A stretch of DNA of 62,000 nt. Origin: Vicugna vicugna (Eukaryota). The position numbers were made by a program, and so were the translations under genes. Positions 49,380 through 62,000 of this stretch are shown piece after piece. The notes beneath the pieces are model-generated. The model had not been told where the DNA came from. It made no database searches and worked only from the letters and a program-made list of their open reading frames with translations. Position 1 is the stretch's first letter; each line of letters begins with the position of its first letter. The stretch is from NCBI GenBank assembly GCA_013265495.1, contig MU058781.1, forward strand, positions 11,637,009 to 11,699,008. The letters run 5' to 3'.

Positions 49380-50150
49380 ATGGATATTACTGTGCAATGA
49401 GGAGGTACAAACATGTATGCAACAACATGAACCTCGAGTGTATTGTGCCAGATGAAAGAAGCCAGACTCACCGAATATGAAAATAGATATATGTATATTC
49501 ATATATGACTGAAGAATTATGCTGTACACCAGAAACTGACACAACATTGTAAACTGACTATACTTCAATTTTAAAAAAGTAAAAAAAAAAAAAAAAGAAA
49601 AGAAGCCAGACTCAGAAGGCTACAGACTGTAGATTCCATTTATAAGACATTCTGAAAAAGGAAAAACTCTAAGGACAGAAAGCAGATCATTGGTTGATGC
49701 TGGCTGGGGTTGAATACAAAGGAGCATGAGGGAATGTGTGAGGTAGGGGAACTTTCATATCCTGATTGTGGTGGTAATTACACAACCACTGGTGTTTTCT
49801 AAGGCTCACGGGACCACACACTAAAAAATAAAAGTGCTCTTTATAAAAAAGTACTCTAAATAAATAATACATCAAAAAACTTGACTACATTTTTAAAAGA
49901 ACCATTAACAAAGAATAAATGCTACATATATTGAAGTGTTTAGAGTGAAATGTATGGATGTCTGGAACTAACTTTGAGAGCATTAAAAATAAGGTTTATT
50001 AATGGATTGATAGTGGGATGGATATACAGAGAGATATAAGATAAAGTAAGTATAGTAAAATATCAGTGGTAGAATCTAGGTGGTAGTTATATGGATGTTC
50101 CCTTTATAATTCTTTCAACGTTTCTGTGAGTGAAAATTGTTGCTGATGAA
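49380..50150 (+). mobile_element. Old L1 3'UTR with a nested young L1 tail (~49471-49597)
   Basis: The nested poly(A)-ended tail is flanked by duplicated aaagaagccagactca. Confidence 0.85.
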
Positions 50151-53100
50151 ATCTTGGAAAACACTGAAAAATACATCTAACACATTCCTTCATCATCTGT
50201 ACCATTTAGAGAGTACTTGCAGGTCCACAAAATTGCTTTCATTGTCTCTGATAGGCTCTAAAGAGCAACCTTTCTCTCCCTTTGAAATCATCCTGACAGA
50301 AGGAAAGCTTCCTCTTGGTCCAGAGTGGGGGAAATCTCTGGGGATTCTTTGCGGGCTCATTTACATGTACTTGCTATCTTCACGTTAACACAATATTAGC
50401 AAGTAAGTACTTTATGGCTTTTGTCACTTGCTTGGAAATTGAAGGATTGCATTAATTTGACTCTATTCATAATAAATCCTCAGGGAACAAAGCTCTGGGC
50501 ACAGCAATTTAAAGAGTTAGCAAATATCCCTGACTCTGTTTTTCTTGATCTTGTGTGGCTCTTTTTAGGGCAGGCTCAGGTTTAGGATGCCCCTTTCTGT
50601 TCCATTCTATGATGGAGATAAGTGCCAAGCCACCCAAGCACAGGGACATCCTGGTGCCTTGGAAACCAGGGACTAATGGCACCAACCTGCGACAGGACAG
50701 GAAATGGTCGTGTTTCCCAATCACCCTTCATTTGGTAGAGGATGAAAAGATTTACCCTTCAAGGAGTGTGTGTGGGATAGTTTTCTGAAAGTAGACACAC
50801 AAACCCTCTCCTGATAACTCTGACCTTTTCAACACTCCTCATTACCATCTGGACAGCACGGCATGGCTAGAGGGTCAGAGACATCCAGGCTTTGTGAATA
50901 CTAAAGTGGATGTTTCAGTTCCTATCCAGTACAATTCATTTTTACAATTACAATCATTTTTTTGTCTATTTAAGTGAATCAGATTTGATACATATAAAAT
51001 GCCCAAATTCTGCAGACCTCCATTTGGATTTGGTTGTGTTGATCCAGTCTAAAGATATTTATGGCTATTGACTGTCCAAAAGGTATTCAAGTTACATTGT
51101 TAAATGAAACAAGCAAGTTGCAGAACAGAGCCTGTGAAAACAATATACTGAGTGTATTTTAGAAAAGGAAAGGGAGCCCTGTGCTGTATGATGGGGGGCT
51201 GGGAATTCTAGATGACTTTCCCCCTCTTTCTTATGTGTTTCTGTATTGTTTGATTTTTATACAAAAAAGACATAACAGCTTTGTATCAGATCAAAACTAG
51301 ATGATGTTTATATTTTAGCACTACTGCCTAAGTTCAGATCTTGATAGTCTTAACAGCTTGTGTGTGCGTATGTGTCTCTGTGTGTGTGTACACATACATA
51401 TGCACATATTCTTACACAGTTAAACAGTTTCTTGGTTCTTGATATTTCAGAGGAAAAACTCACACTCACATAGTGGCTCGTCTACAGGCTGACATATTTC
51501 AAGATGGTTTTCATCCCCTAAGATTCTCCTTCCCCCCAACTTAATAAACTATCTCAATGCTTCTGAAAAAATTTGCTATATGGGTAATTTTCTGCTTCGA
51601 ACCAGAGTCCAACTTGTTATTGTAGCAATTAACTTTTGGGCTCTTTAGATCCATCCACCAACAACCAATCAGAGGACGAAAGGCTTTCAGATCTGTCACC
51701 AAGCTCCGAGTTCTCTAATCCCGCTGCAGTTTTCTTTCTTTTTAATTGTGGTGAGTTGTATTCGTATTTGTTTCTTCTTCCTCTCCTTCCCCTTTCCCTC
51801 CACACCCTCTCTTTTGTCTGCCCTTGGCTGGAGACAGCTAAAATATCTGTCCAGATCGATGTACATAAAAAGAGAGCCCTTTCTCAACCAACAGAACCCC
51901 CTTGAATTATTCAAAGTCTCTCCCTTTCTCCGGTTTCCCATCCTTTTCTTCCTTGACCGTGTAAGCTGGAATGGGCCATTTGGCAGTGGCACTCCTTGAC
52001 TCAATCATGCAGGTAGGAAGGAGGAGGGTAAGGCTTCTATGGAAGCAATTAATCTTCTGGATGCTGAGAAAATCTGTCATGTCTGAAGGTATATAAATAA
52101 TTCTTACGCCAGTATGAATATTAGGCTCCCCAAAACAAAATACAGTCAGATTCTCAGTCACTGGCAGAACAGCTGGTAAACAAGATGCAGAACTATCTCA
52201 GGCCCTGGGGGGCCAGCCTGCCCTTGTCTGGGCTGAGACCATTCATGGGCAACTTTAGGAGGTTGTTTAGATTAGAGTCTAGGAAAACATGTGACCCATG
52301 AGTTAAAGAAATGTTCTAAAAGCCAGCTTTATTTTTTCATACTGAGAGCGACCCCCTAGCTTACCTCCCCCCAAATCTCTTAAGCTTATGGCTTTAAAGG
52401 AAATAGAAGCCAAGAAGAGGAATGCACGGGGTGTAACAGAACAGAGAAGGCCAGCAACTGCCGCACAGGAATCTGACGTTCTCGAGCAATTCCGAAGTCA
52501 GAAGGATGACAAGATACCAGGGCAGCACCACTGCTTCTGTTCTGGTCAAGGACGTTTGGGTGTCGGTATCTGTATCCAGGCTGAAAAGCTAAACCTGCAG
52601 CCTTATGGCTTCCTCAAGCCAGGGCAAAATCCCAGAGGGGAGGAGCGTTGGAGAGAAACGTGAGAGTCGCTCCAGCTCGACAGCAGTCCGACCCCCACCA
52701 GATAACAGGTAAGCCAGGCGGAAAGCTGATAGTGGCCGGGCTGCTCTGTAAGCTGATGCTGGGTCTCTGGCCAGCAGGGGCCATCTGCAGAGTGGGCGGC
52801 CCTGCGCCGAAGGAGGATACTAGGAAAGGCGCGGGCCAGACCCTGCATCCACCAGCCCCTCTGGCTTCCTGGGGCCTCAGTTTCATCCGGAGACACAGAG
52901 GTATTTAGAAAAGGCTCCAAGACCCTGAGTGCCCTCCAAAGCCACACGGGGTGATGAATAACCTGCTGGGTTCTTACCTCCTTGTGTATAACTGTCAGTC
53001 GAGGAGAGCCTCCCTTCAAAACCACACTCGCACTCCCATGACAGCCCCCCGGGATGGGTTTGTGGAACTCAGACTGCTGCCTGCAGGTCCCCTTCTTGCC

Positions 53101-53907
53101 CAGTCACAAGAACATCACGACACTGAGTCAGGAGAATGAAGAAGCAGAACAAGACAGCTATGTCACATTGACACTGGGGAGGAAGTCACCAGTGGTATAG
53201 GCCCCTGAATCTCAACCGGGTATCAGCTTTGTCACTGTTGCCTTCTCAGGGACACAGAGAACATGTTTCCATTCCTTGAATCAGATCCACAGAGGGTACT
53301 ACCACCCTGCAGCTCTCCCCAGACATGGAGTTCCACCTTTTAAGGTGGCAAAGCAATAAGATCCAGTTGGGCTGGGGCCACCCGTATGCACTGACTTGTA
53401 CTGAAAACAGCCCGGGGATCCACTATGGGTGGAAAACACGACCCCCAGCTTCCCAGAAGAGCAGGAGTTAGTTGCAACCCCCAGGGGTCACAGTGGTTTT
53501 CCCCTGGCATGGCTGGGTTGCCTCCTGCCTGGTGTGGGACCAGCTGGCGGGATATGGGGAGTAAAGTGAGGTGATGTTAGGAGCTGAGGAAGGGGGGCTG
53601 CCTTCCCCAGTATGGCATCCTCCCCAGCTCATAGGTGTGACGGTGACAATGGCAGTCCCTTTTTCCTGTCCCCAGTGTAAATGTTACCATTACCAGTCTC
53701 TCAGATTCCAGTAGCTACCCCTGCCATATGCCAGGCACTGGACAGATTTATGTCTTTTAATCCCCCCAATAACACCGTGAGGTTGGTATCATTATAATAA
53801 CCATTTGGGGCTTAAGGAAGTGGACACTCAGAGAGTGTAGTGACTTGCTCACAGGCCAATAGCTAAGATGTAGAAGTCGGATGTGAAGTCAAATTTCTCT
53901 TTTATCA

Positions 53908-54552
53908 GGCTAAAAATAGACTTGCCATATGACCCAGCAATCCCACTCCTGGGCATATATCCAGAAGGAACCCTAATTCAAAAAGACACCTGCACCCCAA
54001 TTTCATAGCAGCACTATTTACAATAGCCAAGACATGGAAACAACCTAAATGTCCATCGACAGATGACTGGATAAAGAAGTTGTTGTATATTTATACAGCC
54101 ATAAAAAATGACAGCATAATGCCATTTGCAGCAACATGGATGTCCATGGAGAATGTCATTCTAAGTGAAGTAAGCCAGAAAGAGAAAGAAAAATACCATA
54201 TGATATCACTCATATGTGGAATCTAAAAAAAAAGAAGACAAATAAACTTAAATATAAAACAGAAACAGACTCACAGACATAGAATACAAACTTGTGGTTG
54301 CCAGCAGGGAGGGGGTTGGGAAGGGACAGACTGGGAGTTCGAGATTTGTAGATACTGACTGGTATATATAGAATAGATAAACAAGTTTATACTTTATAGC
54401 ACAGGGAAATATATTCAAGATCTTGTAGTAGCTCATGGTGAAAAAGAATATGAAAATGAATATATGTATATTCATGTATGACTGAAAAATTGTGCTGTAC
54501 ACCAGACATTGACACAACATTGTAAACTGACTATAACTCAATAAAAAAAACC
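53908..54552 (+). mobile_element. Young 5'-truncated L1 inserted at the end of a MIR, with TSD
   Basis: TSD tctcttttatca at 53896-53907 and 54553-54564; poly(A) tail. Confidence 0.92.
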
Positions 54553-55549
54553 TCTCTTTTATCAAAGCTTATACATCCGGCAAACTTTCTTTCCTTTCAC
54601 CACCCTGCACTGTAGCAGACTCAAGGAAGACAAGGGTCACAGGGTACCCTCTTATCTGTGCCCACCCCTCATTGCCCATGTGACACTGCTGTCATCATTC
54701 AGAAAATCCAGGTGCCTTCTGAGCTTTGTCTAGACCCCTTTTTACCTGGGGAGGTCTCAGGGAAAGCAGCTTGATATGGTTTTTGGGGTGTCAGATAAGC
54801 CCCTCCTTAAGATATCTGTCCACCATCCCATATTTGGGTCTTTCTCTGATGGTCTCTTTTATTTTTTTATTTAAACAATTTATGTAATTGATGGCCTCTT
54901 TTAAAATCCAGATACCCCTAAGAAGGGTAACACATTACAACTCTCAAATCTTGGCTCCATTATTTCTCTACTTTACACTACTATAGACTTTAAATAATGT
55001 AAATATCCCACTACACACTTTGGTAGTGAAAAGAAGTGAGAGAGACCAGGGGAAATTGGACTTTGGGAGTCATTGCTTTAATATGAATATACTTCTGATT
55101 GAATTCAAACCTTTTTGAGTATACTGGGTGCCAGGAGTTTTGCTAAGGGTTACAGGCATAGGGGAACACATGAAGAATTGATCTCTATCTGGGAGATTTG
55201 ACTATGAACTATGCATTAAATAATATCAGAGAATCATTGTTAATTTTATTAGTCAACTATGTAGAAAAAGGTCCTTATTTTTTAGAGATGCTCTTACTAA
55301 AATGTGTAGGGTTGACATGTCATAAAGCCTGCAATTTATTTTAAAATATTTCAGCAGGAAAGCAAATGAAGTGAATATGGCAAGATGTTAACAATTGTTA
55401 AATTAGATGATGGGTATATGAGATTCATTATATTATTTTCTCTACTTTTCTGTATGTTTGAAAATTTTTCACAGTAAAAAGTTAAAAAGGAAAACAGAGC
55501 TTCCCAGTAGCTCAAAATCAAAGTTCTATTGCAAGGCTAACAACTGGAT

Positions 55550-56150
55550 TTTGTAGCAAGCAGAATTCTAAGATGGTCCCATGATTCTTGGCGCTTAGTA
55601 TACACGCTCTGTATAATTCACTTATGTAGAGTGTGGGCAAAATTTGTGAATGTGATGAGATTTTACTTCCATGACTAGATTTTGTTATACGGTAAAGATG
55701 AAAAAATTTGCAGATGTAATTAAGGTCCCTGATCAGTTGATTATGAACTAATCAAAAGAGAAATTATCATTGGTGGGCCAGACCTAATCAGGTGCTCCCT
55801 TTAAAGGAGAGATTACAGGCAGCAACAGACACTCTCTCATTGGCCATGAGGAATTAGAACTGCTATGTTGTAAAAAGGGCCATGTGGCAGGGAACAATGG
55901 GTAGCCTTTAGTTGTTCAGGTCCTCAGTCCTACAACCACAGTGAACTGAATTCTTCCAACAACCCTGAATTTGAAAGGACACCTAGAGCCTCAGAGGAGA
56001 TCACAGACCTGGTTAATACACTGACTGCAGCATTGGGAGACCCTGAGCAGATTCATGCCCAGTCTCCTGACCCATAGAAACCGTGAGATAATAAATATGC
56101 ATTGTTTTAAGAAAAATAAGCTTGTGATAATATATTATGAAGCAATAGAT
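55550..56150 (+). mobile_element. MLT1 (E/F-like) LTR
   Basis: tgtagcaagcagaattctaagatggtccc...tgagataataaatatgcattgttttaag...agcaatagataa. Confidence 0.85.
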
Positions 56151-56157
56151 AAAATAA

Positions 56158-56955
56158 ATCCATATCACCTCACACCAGTCAGAATGGCCATCATTCAGAA
56201 GCCCACAAATGATAAATGCTGAAGAGGGTGTGAAGAAAAGGGAAACCTCCTATACTGTGGATAGGAATGTAGTTTGGTGCAGCCATTATGGAAAACAGTA
56301 TAGAGATCCTCAAAAAACTAAAAATAGACTCACCATATGATCCAGCAATCCCACTCCTGGTCATATATCCAGAGGGAATTCTAATTCTTAAAGATACATG
56401 CACTCTAATGTTCACAGCAGCACTATTTACAATAGCCAAGACATGGAAACAACCTAAATGTCCATCGATAGATGACTGGGTAAAGAAGTTGTGGTATATT
56501 TATATAATGGACTACTACTCAGTCATAAGAAAGAATAAATATGCTATTTGCAGTAACATGGATGGACCTAGAGATAATCATTCTAAGTGAAGTAAGCCAG
56601 AAATAGAAAGAAAAATACCATATACCACTCATACGTGGGATCTAAAAAAAGAAAAAAAGAAGATACTAATGAACTCATCTACAAAACAGAAACAGACTCA
56701 GACAAAGAAAACAAATTTACGGTTACCAAAGGGGAAAGGGAAGGGAGAAGGATAAATTAGGAATATGGGATTAACAGATACACATTACTGTAATATATAA
56801 TAGATAAATAACAAGGATTTATTGTATAGCACATGGAACTATAGTCAATATTCTGTAATAACCTATAGTGGAAAAGAATCTGAAGCTATACACTTGAAAC
56901 CAACACAATATTGTAAAACAACTATAGTTTAATAAATAAAAAATAAATAATAAAA
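56158..56955 (+). mobile_element. L1 3' end
   Basis: ORF 56288-56590 is the L1 ORF2 C-terminus (PYDPAIPLL...MFTAALFTIAKTWKQPKCPS); A-rich tail. Confidence 0.93.
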
Positions 56956-57449
56956 TCTCCCTCTTGGTTAGAGTTCCTGTCAACTCAAGTGGAACCCTAT
57001 GTGAGTATAATGTAAGCAACATATGACTGGATTGGGTCCCTTGAAGGAAATGTGACTCACTGAATCCTTGAGTTTCACCCATTCTAATTACCCGGCTGAT
57101 AATCTGTTTCAGACATCGCATTTCCCACCCGCCCCCACCCCAGACACTGTAATAAATGAAAGTTCCAGCACACACACAACATCTTGACTGATGTAAACAT
57201 TGAGTGGTACTCCCCATCTAGGTGGAGGCATGAAGAAAAGAGGCCCTCTCTTGCATGTTACTTGAAACAAAGTGACTTAGTTACCTCTAACTAGGATAGA
57301 GCTGAAGGGAGGAAATAGGAAGATAGAGTAAAAATTAAGAAAAGATCATGAGAAGAGGGTGCCCAGGACGTGAAGGAGGAGATGGAGGGGGAAGCTTGGA
57401 GTGGATTTGCATGACGGGCAGGAAGGAGCGTGTTGGGGAAAGGTGTGCA

Positions 57450-57508
57450 GGGAAGGGAAGGGAAGGGAAGGGAAGGGAAGGGAAGGGAAGGGAAGGCAAG
57501 GCAAGGCA
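57450..57508. repeat. (GGGAA)n/(GGCAA)n pentanucleotide repeat
   Basis: Directly visible. Confidence 0.95.
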
Positions 57509-57897
57509 GTGGAGGAGAGAGGAGCGGGCATCACCCAGGGACACTCACGGTTGAGCTGCCGCCTCCGGATCCTGTCCCTCCATGGCCTGTTTCTGATCCA
57601 GTGCAGTCGCGAGGGTAACACCATGGTCCCAAAGTGAGGATCTAATACCTCCTCATGGCTGGGGAACAAAAAGTCTCACAGCGATACAGGAAGTCAACGA
57701 CAGACTAAAAATTAAAAAAAAAAAAAGCCCTCTTCTCTTTTTTTATATCCGAGGCTTCCGTTGTCTTCTTTTATCTTGTAACTTGCCTTTCCTTTTCTTC
57801 CTTTAACTCCCAACTGGCCCGAAGGCAGCTGCCACGCTGGGCTGCCTGGCGGAGCCTGTCCCGGCCTCCTGTGCCATGTTTTATGCATGAAGGTGAT

Positions 57898-57965
57898 GGG
57901 GCAGTAATTTATTCACGCTGAGCTGATCACCGGGGCGGTAATTTATTCACGCTGAGCTGATCACC
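57898..57965. repeat. 2 x 34 bp tandem duplication
   Basis: ggggc(a/g)gtaatttattcacgctgagctgatcacc twice, with one mismatch. Confidence 0.93.
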
Positions 57966-59039
57966 GGGCTCCTGTGTCTTCCCCACGTCAGAGGCTGGGG
58001 GAGGGCAGGTGTATCTGTCTGTACGGAAGAATGGCCTGAAATGGGAATCCCTCTCCGCAGGCGGGATTGAAGATCAGCGCTTGGCTGCCAGGAACACAGG
58101 CAGGCCTGCTGGAACTCAAATCAGGGCCACGGCTGGCACATTTTAGGCCATGTGATTTATAGCTGCTGGGTCTCTAGCACTGAAGAGAGTGACTGACACT
58201 GGGTAGGTGAACAATAAATGTTTGTCGCGTCCATGAGCGGTTCGGAGATAAGCAATATCACGCCTTTATCGAACCTGCTCAATTCACTGTCTTCAAAATG
58301 CTTCTTTGAACTTCCTCACCCATTCCATTGTCCACACTTTTCTCTCCATCTAAGATCACAGTCTGTCCTCACCTACGCATTCATGCTTCAAAATCTCATT
58401 TTGCAGTAAAGCGTTCCTGAACCCATATTGATGGGGCCTCCTCCACGCACCTGAGCTTCTCACACTCATCAGGCCTGGATGGCCATAACTGGTTAGGGCT
58501 TCTGTTTGTTTGCTAGTTTGTTTGAACATGCACGTGGGGCTTTGCTGGCCCAAACAGCAAGTAAGCGTCTTGGCAGGAACTGTTTTCCTCTTCCGAGCTG
58601 CCACCTACAGGGGTTTGCACGTGAAATTAGCGGCAGCTTGAGTCTGCCTCCCCTCATCTCCATCGGCCCCTCCTCAAACCACCCTAAATAAATATACCGT
58701 CTAACAAGGTACACTGTATCGACTATAATGCAGCCTCCACATGGGACCCCGAGGAGCTGTGCCTGAGAGGGGAAGCTCTATTATCAATTGCTTACTTTGT
58801 TCCAAGCTCTTCAATGTGCAATGTCAGATTGCTCCAGACCGCAGTTATTGATCAAAGCCTCAGGAACAGTCTTGCCAGGAGGTTGGAGCTGCAAAGAGTG
58901 ACACTCGAGTTACCAAGTTTAGCCCAAGATAATCCGTAAGGTTGGTAAAGGCAGAAACCCTGCCCTCTTATTTGTGCCCTTCGTGGTGCCACGAGCAGAC
59001 TTGGGGGAAAGTGCTAAGACGGGAGTGGGGAGGGTCGAA

Positions 59040-59460
59040 TTGTAATTAGCCAGGCACGTGCTTTAGTCCCTGTGCCTTGTTTTCTTCATCTTAAAATGGA
59101 AATAACCTGCAGACCCCATGGGGTTGTCAAGATGAAATGAGATAAAGGTAAAATAACTCTTTAAGGGTTGGCAGAGGATGGGTTTGATCCCCAGGAGCTC
59201 AGCCTTCTTGTCCAACGAGCACAATGCCTGGCTGTGAAGAGAGCACACCCCAGAGCCGCAATGCTGGAGTTCAAACTCCTAGAAGCCTGTTTAGTAGCTT
59301 CACCACTCTAACATCATCGTACCCCAGTTTCTTGCTCTGTAAAATGGACATAAGAATAAGAGCCGCTGCCTTAGGGTCATGCTGACGATTTAGTGAATTG
59401 ATCCATGCAAAGGGCTTTGTGTTTAGCTTTGGGGAACTGCTCCATGTTGTCAGTGGCTAT
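59040..59460 (+). mobile_element. MIR remnants
   Basis: cttcatcttaaaatggaaataa...; cccagtttcttgctctgtaaaatggacataagaata. Confidence 0.7.
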
Positions 59461-59564
59461 TGGTCACTAGTCATGCAGTTTCATGAAAGTTGACAAGTTC
59501 CCTGGGTCTCCCTTTCTTTACCTGCAAAATGAGCTGGTATGGGATACATTACATCAAGAGTCCT

Positions 59565-59770
59565 GGGTTTTAGTTTCCTATTGTTGCTATAACAAACCAT
59601 CACACATTTAGTGGCATCACACAACACAAATTTATCTTATGGTTCTGGAGGTCAAAGTCTAAAATGGGTCTAACAGGACTAAAATTGAGTGTCCGCAGGG
59701 TTGCATTCCTGGGGACTCTAGGGGAGGATCTGTTCTTTGCCTTGTTTATCCAGATTCTAGAGGCTTCCTT
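59565..59770 (-). mobile_element. MLT1 LTR fragment
   Basis: ttagtttcctattgttgctataacaaaccatcacacatttagtggc...gttctggaggtcaaagtctaaaatgggtc. Confidence 0.8.
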
Positions 59771-61339
59771 CAACCTATTTCCAGGTTATCTTTCTTAGCC
59801 TGAGGGACCACGACCTGGGTTTACACCCAAAGTGGTGACTTGGTAACTGTGGGTCACCTGGGGCTTTGCTGGTCCAGACAGTCGCTGCTGGACCCTGAGC
59901 CCTCACTGATGTGCCTACATTCCAAACTTCATTTTCTGAAGGGAAGTTGGGGGAGAGTAGACACCAAGATCAGGACAAAACCTATGGAAGATTTGACTGA
60001 CTATTGCAACTGGACACAACTCCCTAGAATGACGCACACAGCATAAGAAAGCTGTATATTTGAGGGACCAGAAACGGTTGCTCTAACAATCCTGTCTGGT
60101 CTTGACCCCTACAACTGTTAACTGCAACACATTTCTGCTCTCCATGTCACCATAAATCAAATCAGGGAGCCGCCAGCTAAGCAAATTAGAGATGAAGGGA
60201 AACTCAGAGAGGCTCCTAGGGTGTCATGGCCACACTCCCTTCCGTCACCTTTCACCATTTGGCTTTTGCAAATCTGTGCCCACAATGAACTTGAATGTGG
60301 AGAATGTTATACAAAATGGAGTACCCTTCTTTTTTCTTTTTCTTTCTCAATCAGTATCAGACCTTCTTTCCTCCTCACTAAGCCACACATTTCCTCAAGC
60401 TTCTGCTGCATGAGTCACTGCTTTTCAGATGTACATAATTTACAAAAGCAGATGAGAGAGAACAGTGGGCCAGAGGGGGCGGGAAGCACAGTTAGGTCTA
60501 AAATGAGAGGCAGCTGAAAAGTTTGTGTTTCCTCTTGTGAATTTAAATACAGATCTTTCCAGTTTACTCCTTACCATGGGGGAGAGACCTAGAGGTGAGG
60601 GGGTGACACAAGAAACAGAAGACTCACCATCATCTTTTACTGTCATTTTTTCTGCTCAGATGGGCACTGCTGCAGACCCCTGCCTCATACCATATGGTTC
60701 CCTTTCCTGACTCTTCAATTTCATCTTTTCTTTTATCAAGTACACACTCATAAATGCCTGGAATAAATGGTCTGTGGAGTGTCATTCTCCAAAGGAACAT
60801 TTTCATTTGTGTTAAGTGTAGAACATCAATTTTTATTCTTCTTTGGGCTCGCCTTGCTATTAAATTTTCACAAGTTGCAGAATTTCACGATGAAATGCGG
60901 AGATCCTGCCAGGAATCTTGTGTTACAAAGAATATGGAGAAAAACATAATTATGTGATCCTTTCTGCATTTTTCCCTTCAACTCATTTTCAATAAATGGG
61001 AGCAAAATGTTAGATTCAGGAGAAAGAGCACCAGCATGTCTGTTTCTACTTTAAAACTGTCCTGGGGAGAAACAGACCTTCAATTACTCGGTGGAGAATA
61101 GAAATTGCTGAACCAAGGCACACTGTGCTCCTTTTAGAAAGAAAGTCACTAAGGGAAACTTGTTATTGATGTAAAATAAAAGCTTATTAAACACCAGGAG
61201 GAAATGACAGCATAGCACCTGATTTATTTCTCTCCTGTCACAAACACACCTCAAAAGGACACAGAGTTCAGTTTATTCTTTGGAGAATGGAATGGAACAG
61301 AGACAGGTTCTAGTTATGGCTACTGGACCATCGATCTAC

Positions 61340-62000
61340 CTGCGTTGATTGAGTACTTAACAAGAAATAGGCCTTGTGCTGCATGCTTTAAGTAGATATA
61401 TAATTTTATTTCATTTCCCCCATACTCTTATTAATAAGTTATTAATAATCCCATTTTACAAGTAACAGAGTAAAGGCTAAAGAGTAGTTACTCTAAATAC
61501 CAATGATCTAAAGCATACAGTACTTTACAGATATGAATTCATATCACTGTCATGCTAAGATAATCCCGTACCCATTTTGCAGATAGTGAAACTGAGGCAC
61601 AGAAACATATAATAATTTGCTGTGGTCAAACACCTAACAGGTGGCTGAGATGAGGTTTGACTTCAGATAACTTGGCTCTATGTTTAACCACAACCTCCAT
61701 TAATGCTCCAAATTAAGCAATTAAAAAATACTACAGTGTAACTATGTACTGTGCTCTACATATTCAGTGCTTCTTAAGTTTGACAATACCATTCCATTTT
61801 TGAAATATGTCTTAAGCAGCCTTGGCAAAGGTAGTTACTGAATAGTAAAGAATTAGAACATTTGACAAGTATTAGAGGATTATCTTAGACAATATCACAT
61901 CCAAAAGCCTCATTTTACAGAAAATGAAAATGAGACTCAGAGAGTTTAGGGGACACATCTCAGTTTGTACAGCAAGTTGGTGAATCCCGGCAAACTCTTA
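61340..62000 (-). mobile_element. MIR remnants
   Basis: cccattttgcagatagtgaaactgaggcacaga; ctcattttacagaaaatgaaaatgagactcagagag. Confidence 0.8.

Noticed and set aside
57335..57669. Multiple ORFs with GREGK/LPFPS repeats
   Set aside because: These are translations of the (GGGAA)n microsatellite.
57898..57965. 34-bp direct repeats as a CRISPR-like array
   Set aside because: Only two adjacent copies, no spacers, and a eukaryotic context.

Overview
62 kb of repeat-rich eutherian genomic DNA. It is most likely camelid, based on two tRNA-derived Vic-1-type SINEs and camelid-style L1 3' tails. It appears intergenic or intronic: no intact host protein-coding gene is recognisable, and nearly all ORFs in the track are spurious or repeat-derived. 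The background is L1, L2, L3/CR1, MIR, MLT1 (MaLR) LTRs, an ERV solo LTR, and MER5/MER20/MER96/Tigger DNA transposons. The stand-out is a ~2.9 kb repeat-free, decayed coding-like block at ~22845-25775 (+). Translated by hand across stops and frameshifts, it gives collinear matches to bornavirus nucleoprotein (C-terminus), phosphoprotein (C-terminus, weak), glycoprotein (near full length) and matrix protein, in the order N-P-G-M. This is a candidate multi-gene endogenous bornavirus-like element with the G-before-M order of carboviruses/culterviruses rather than orthobornaviruses. Homology was judged by eye against remembered BoDV-1 sequences and needs alignment. Repeat subfamily names and most boundaries are approximate.
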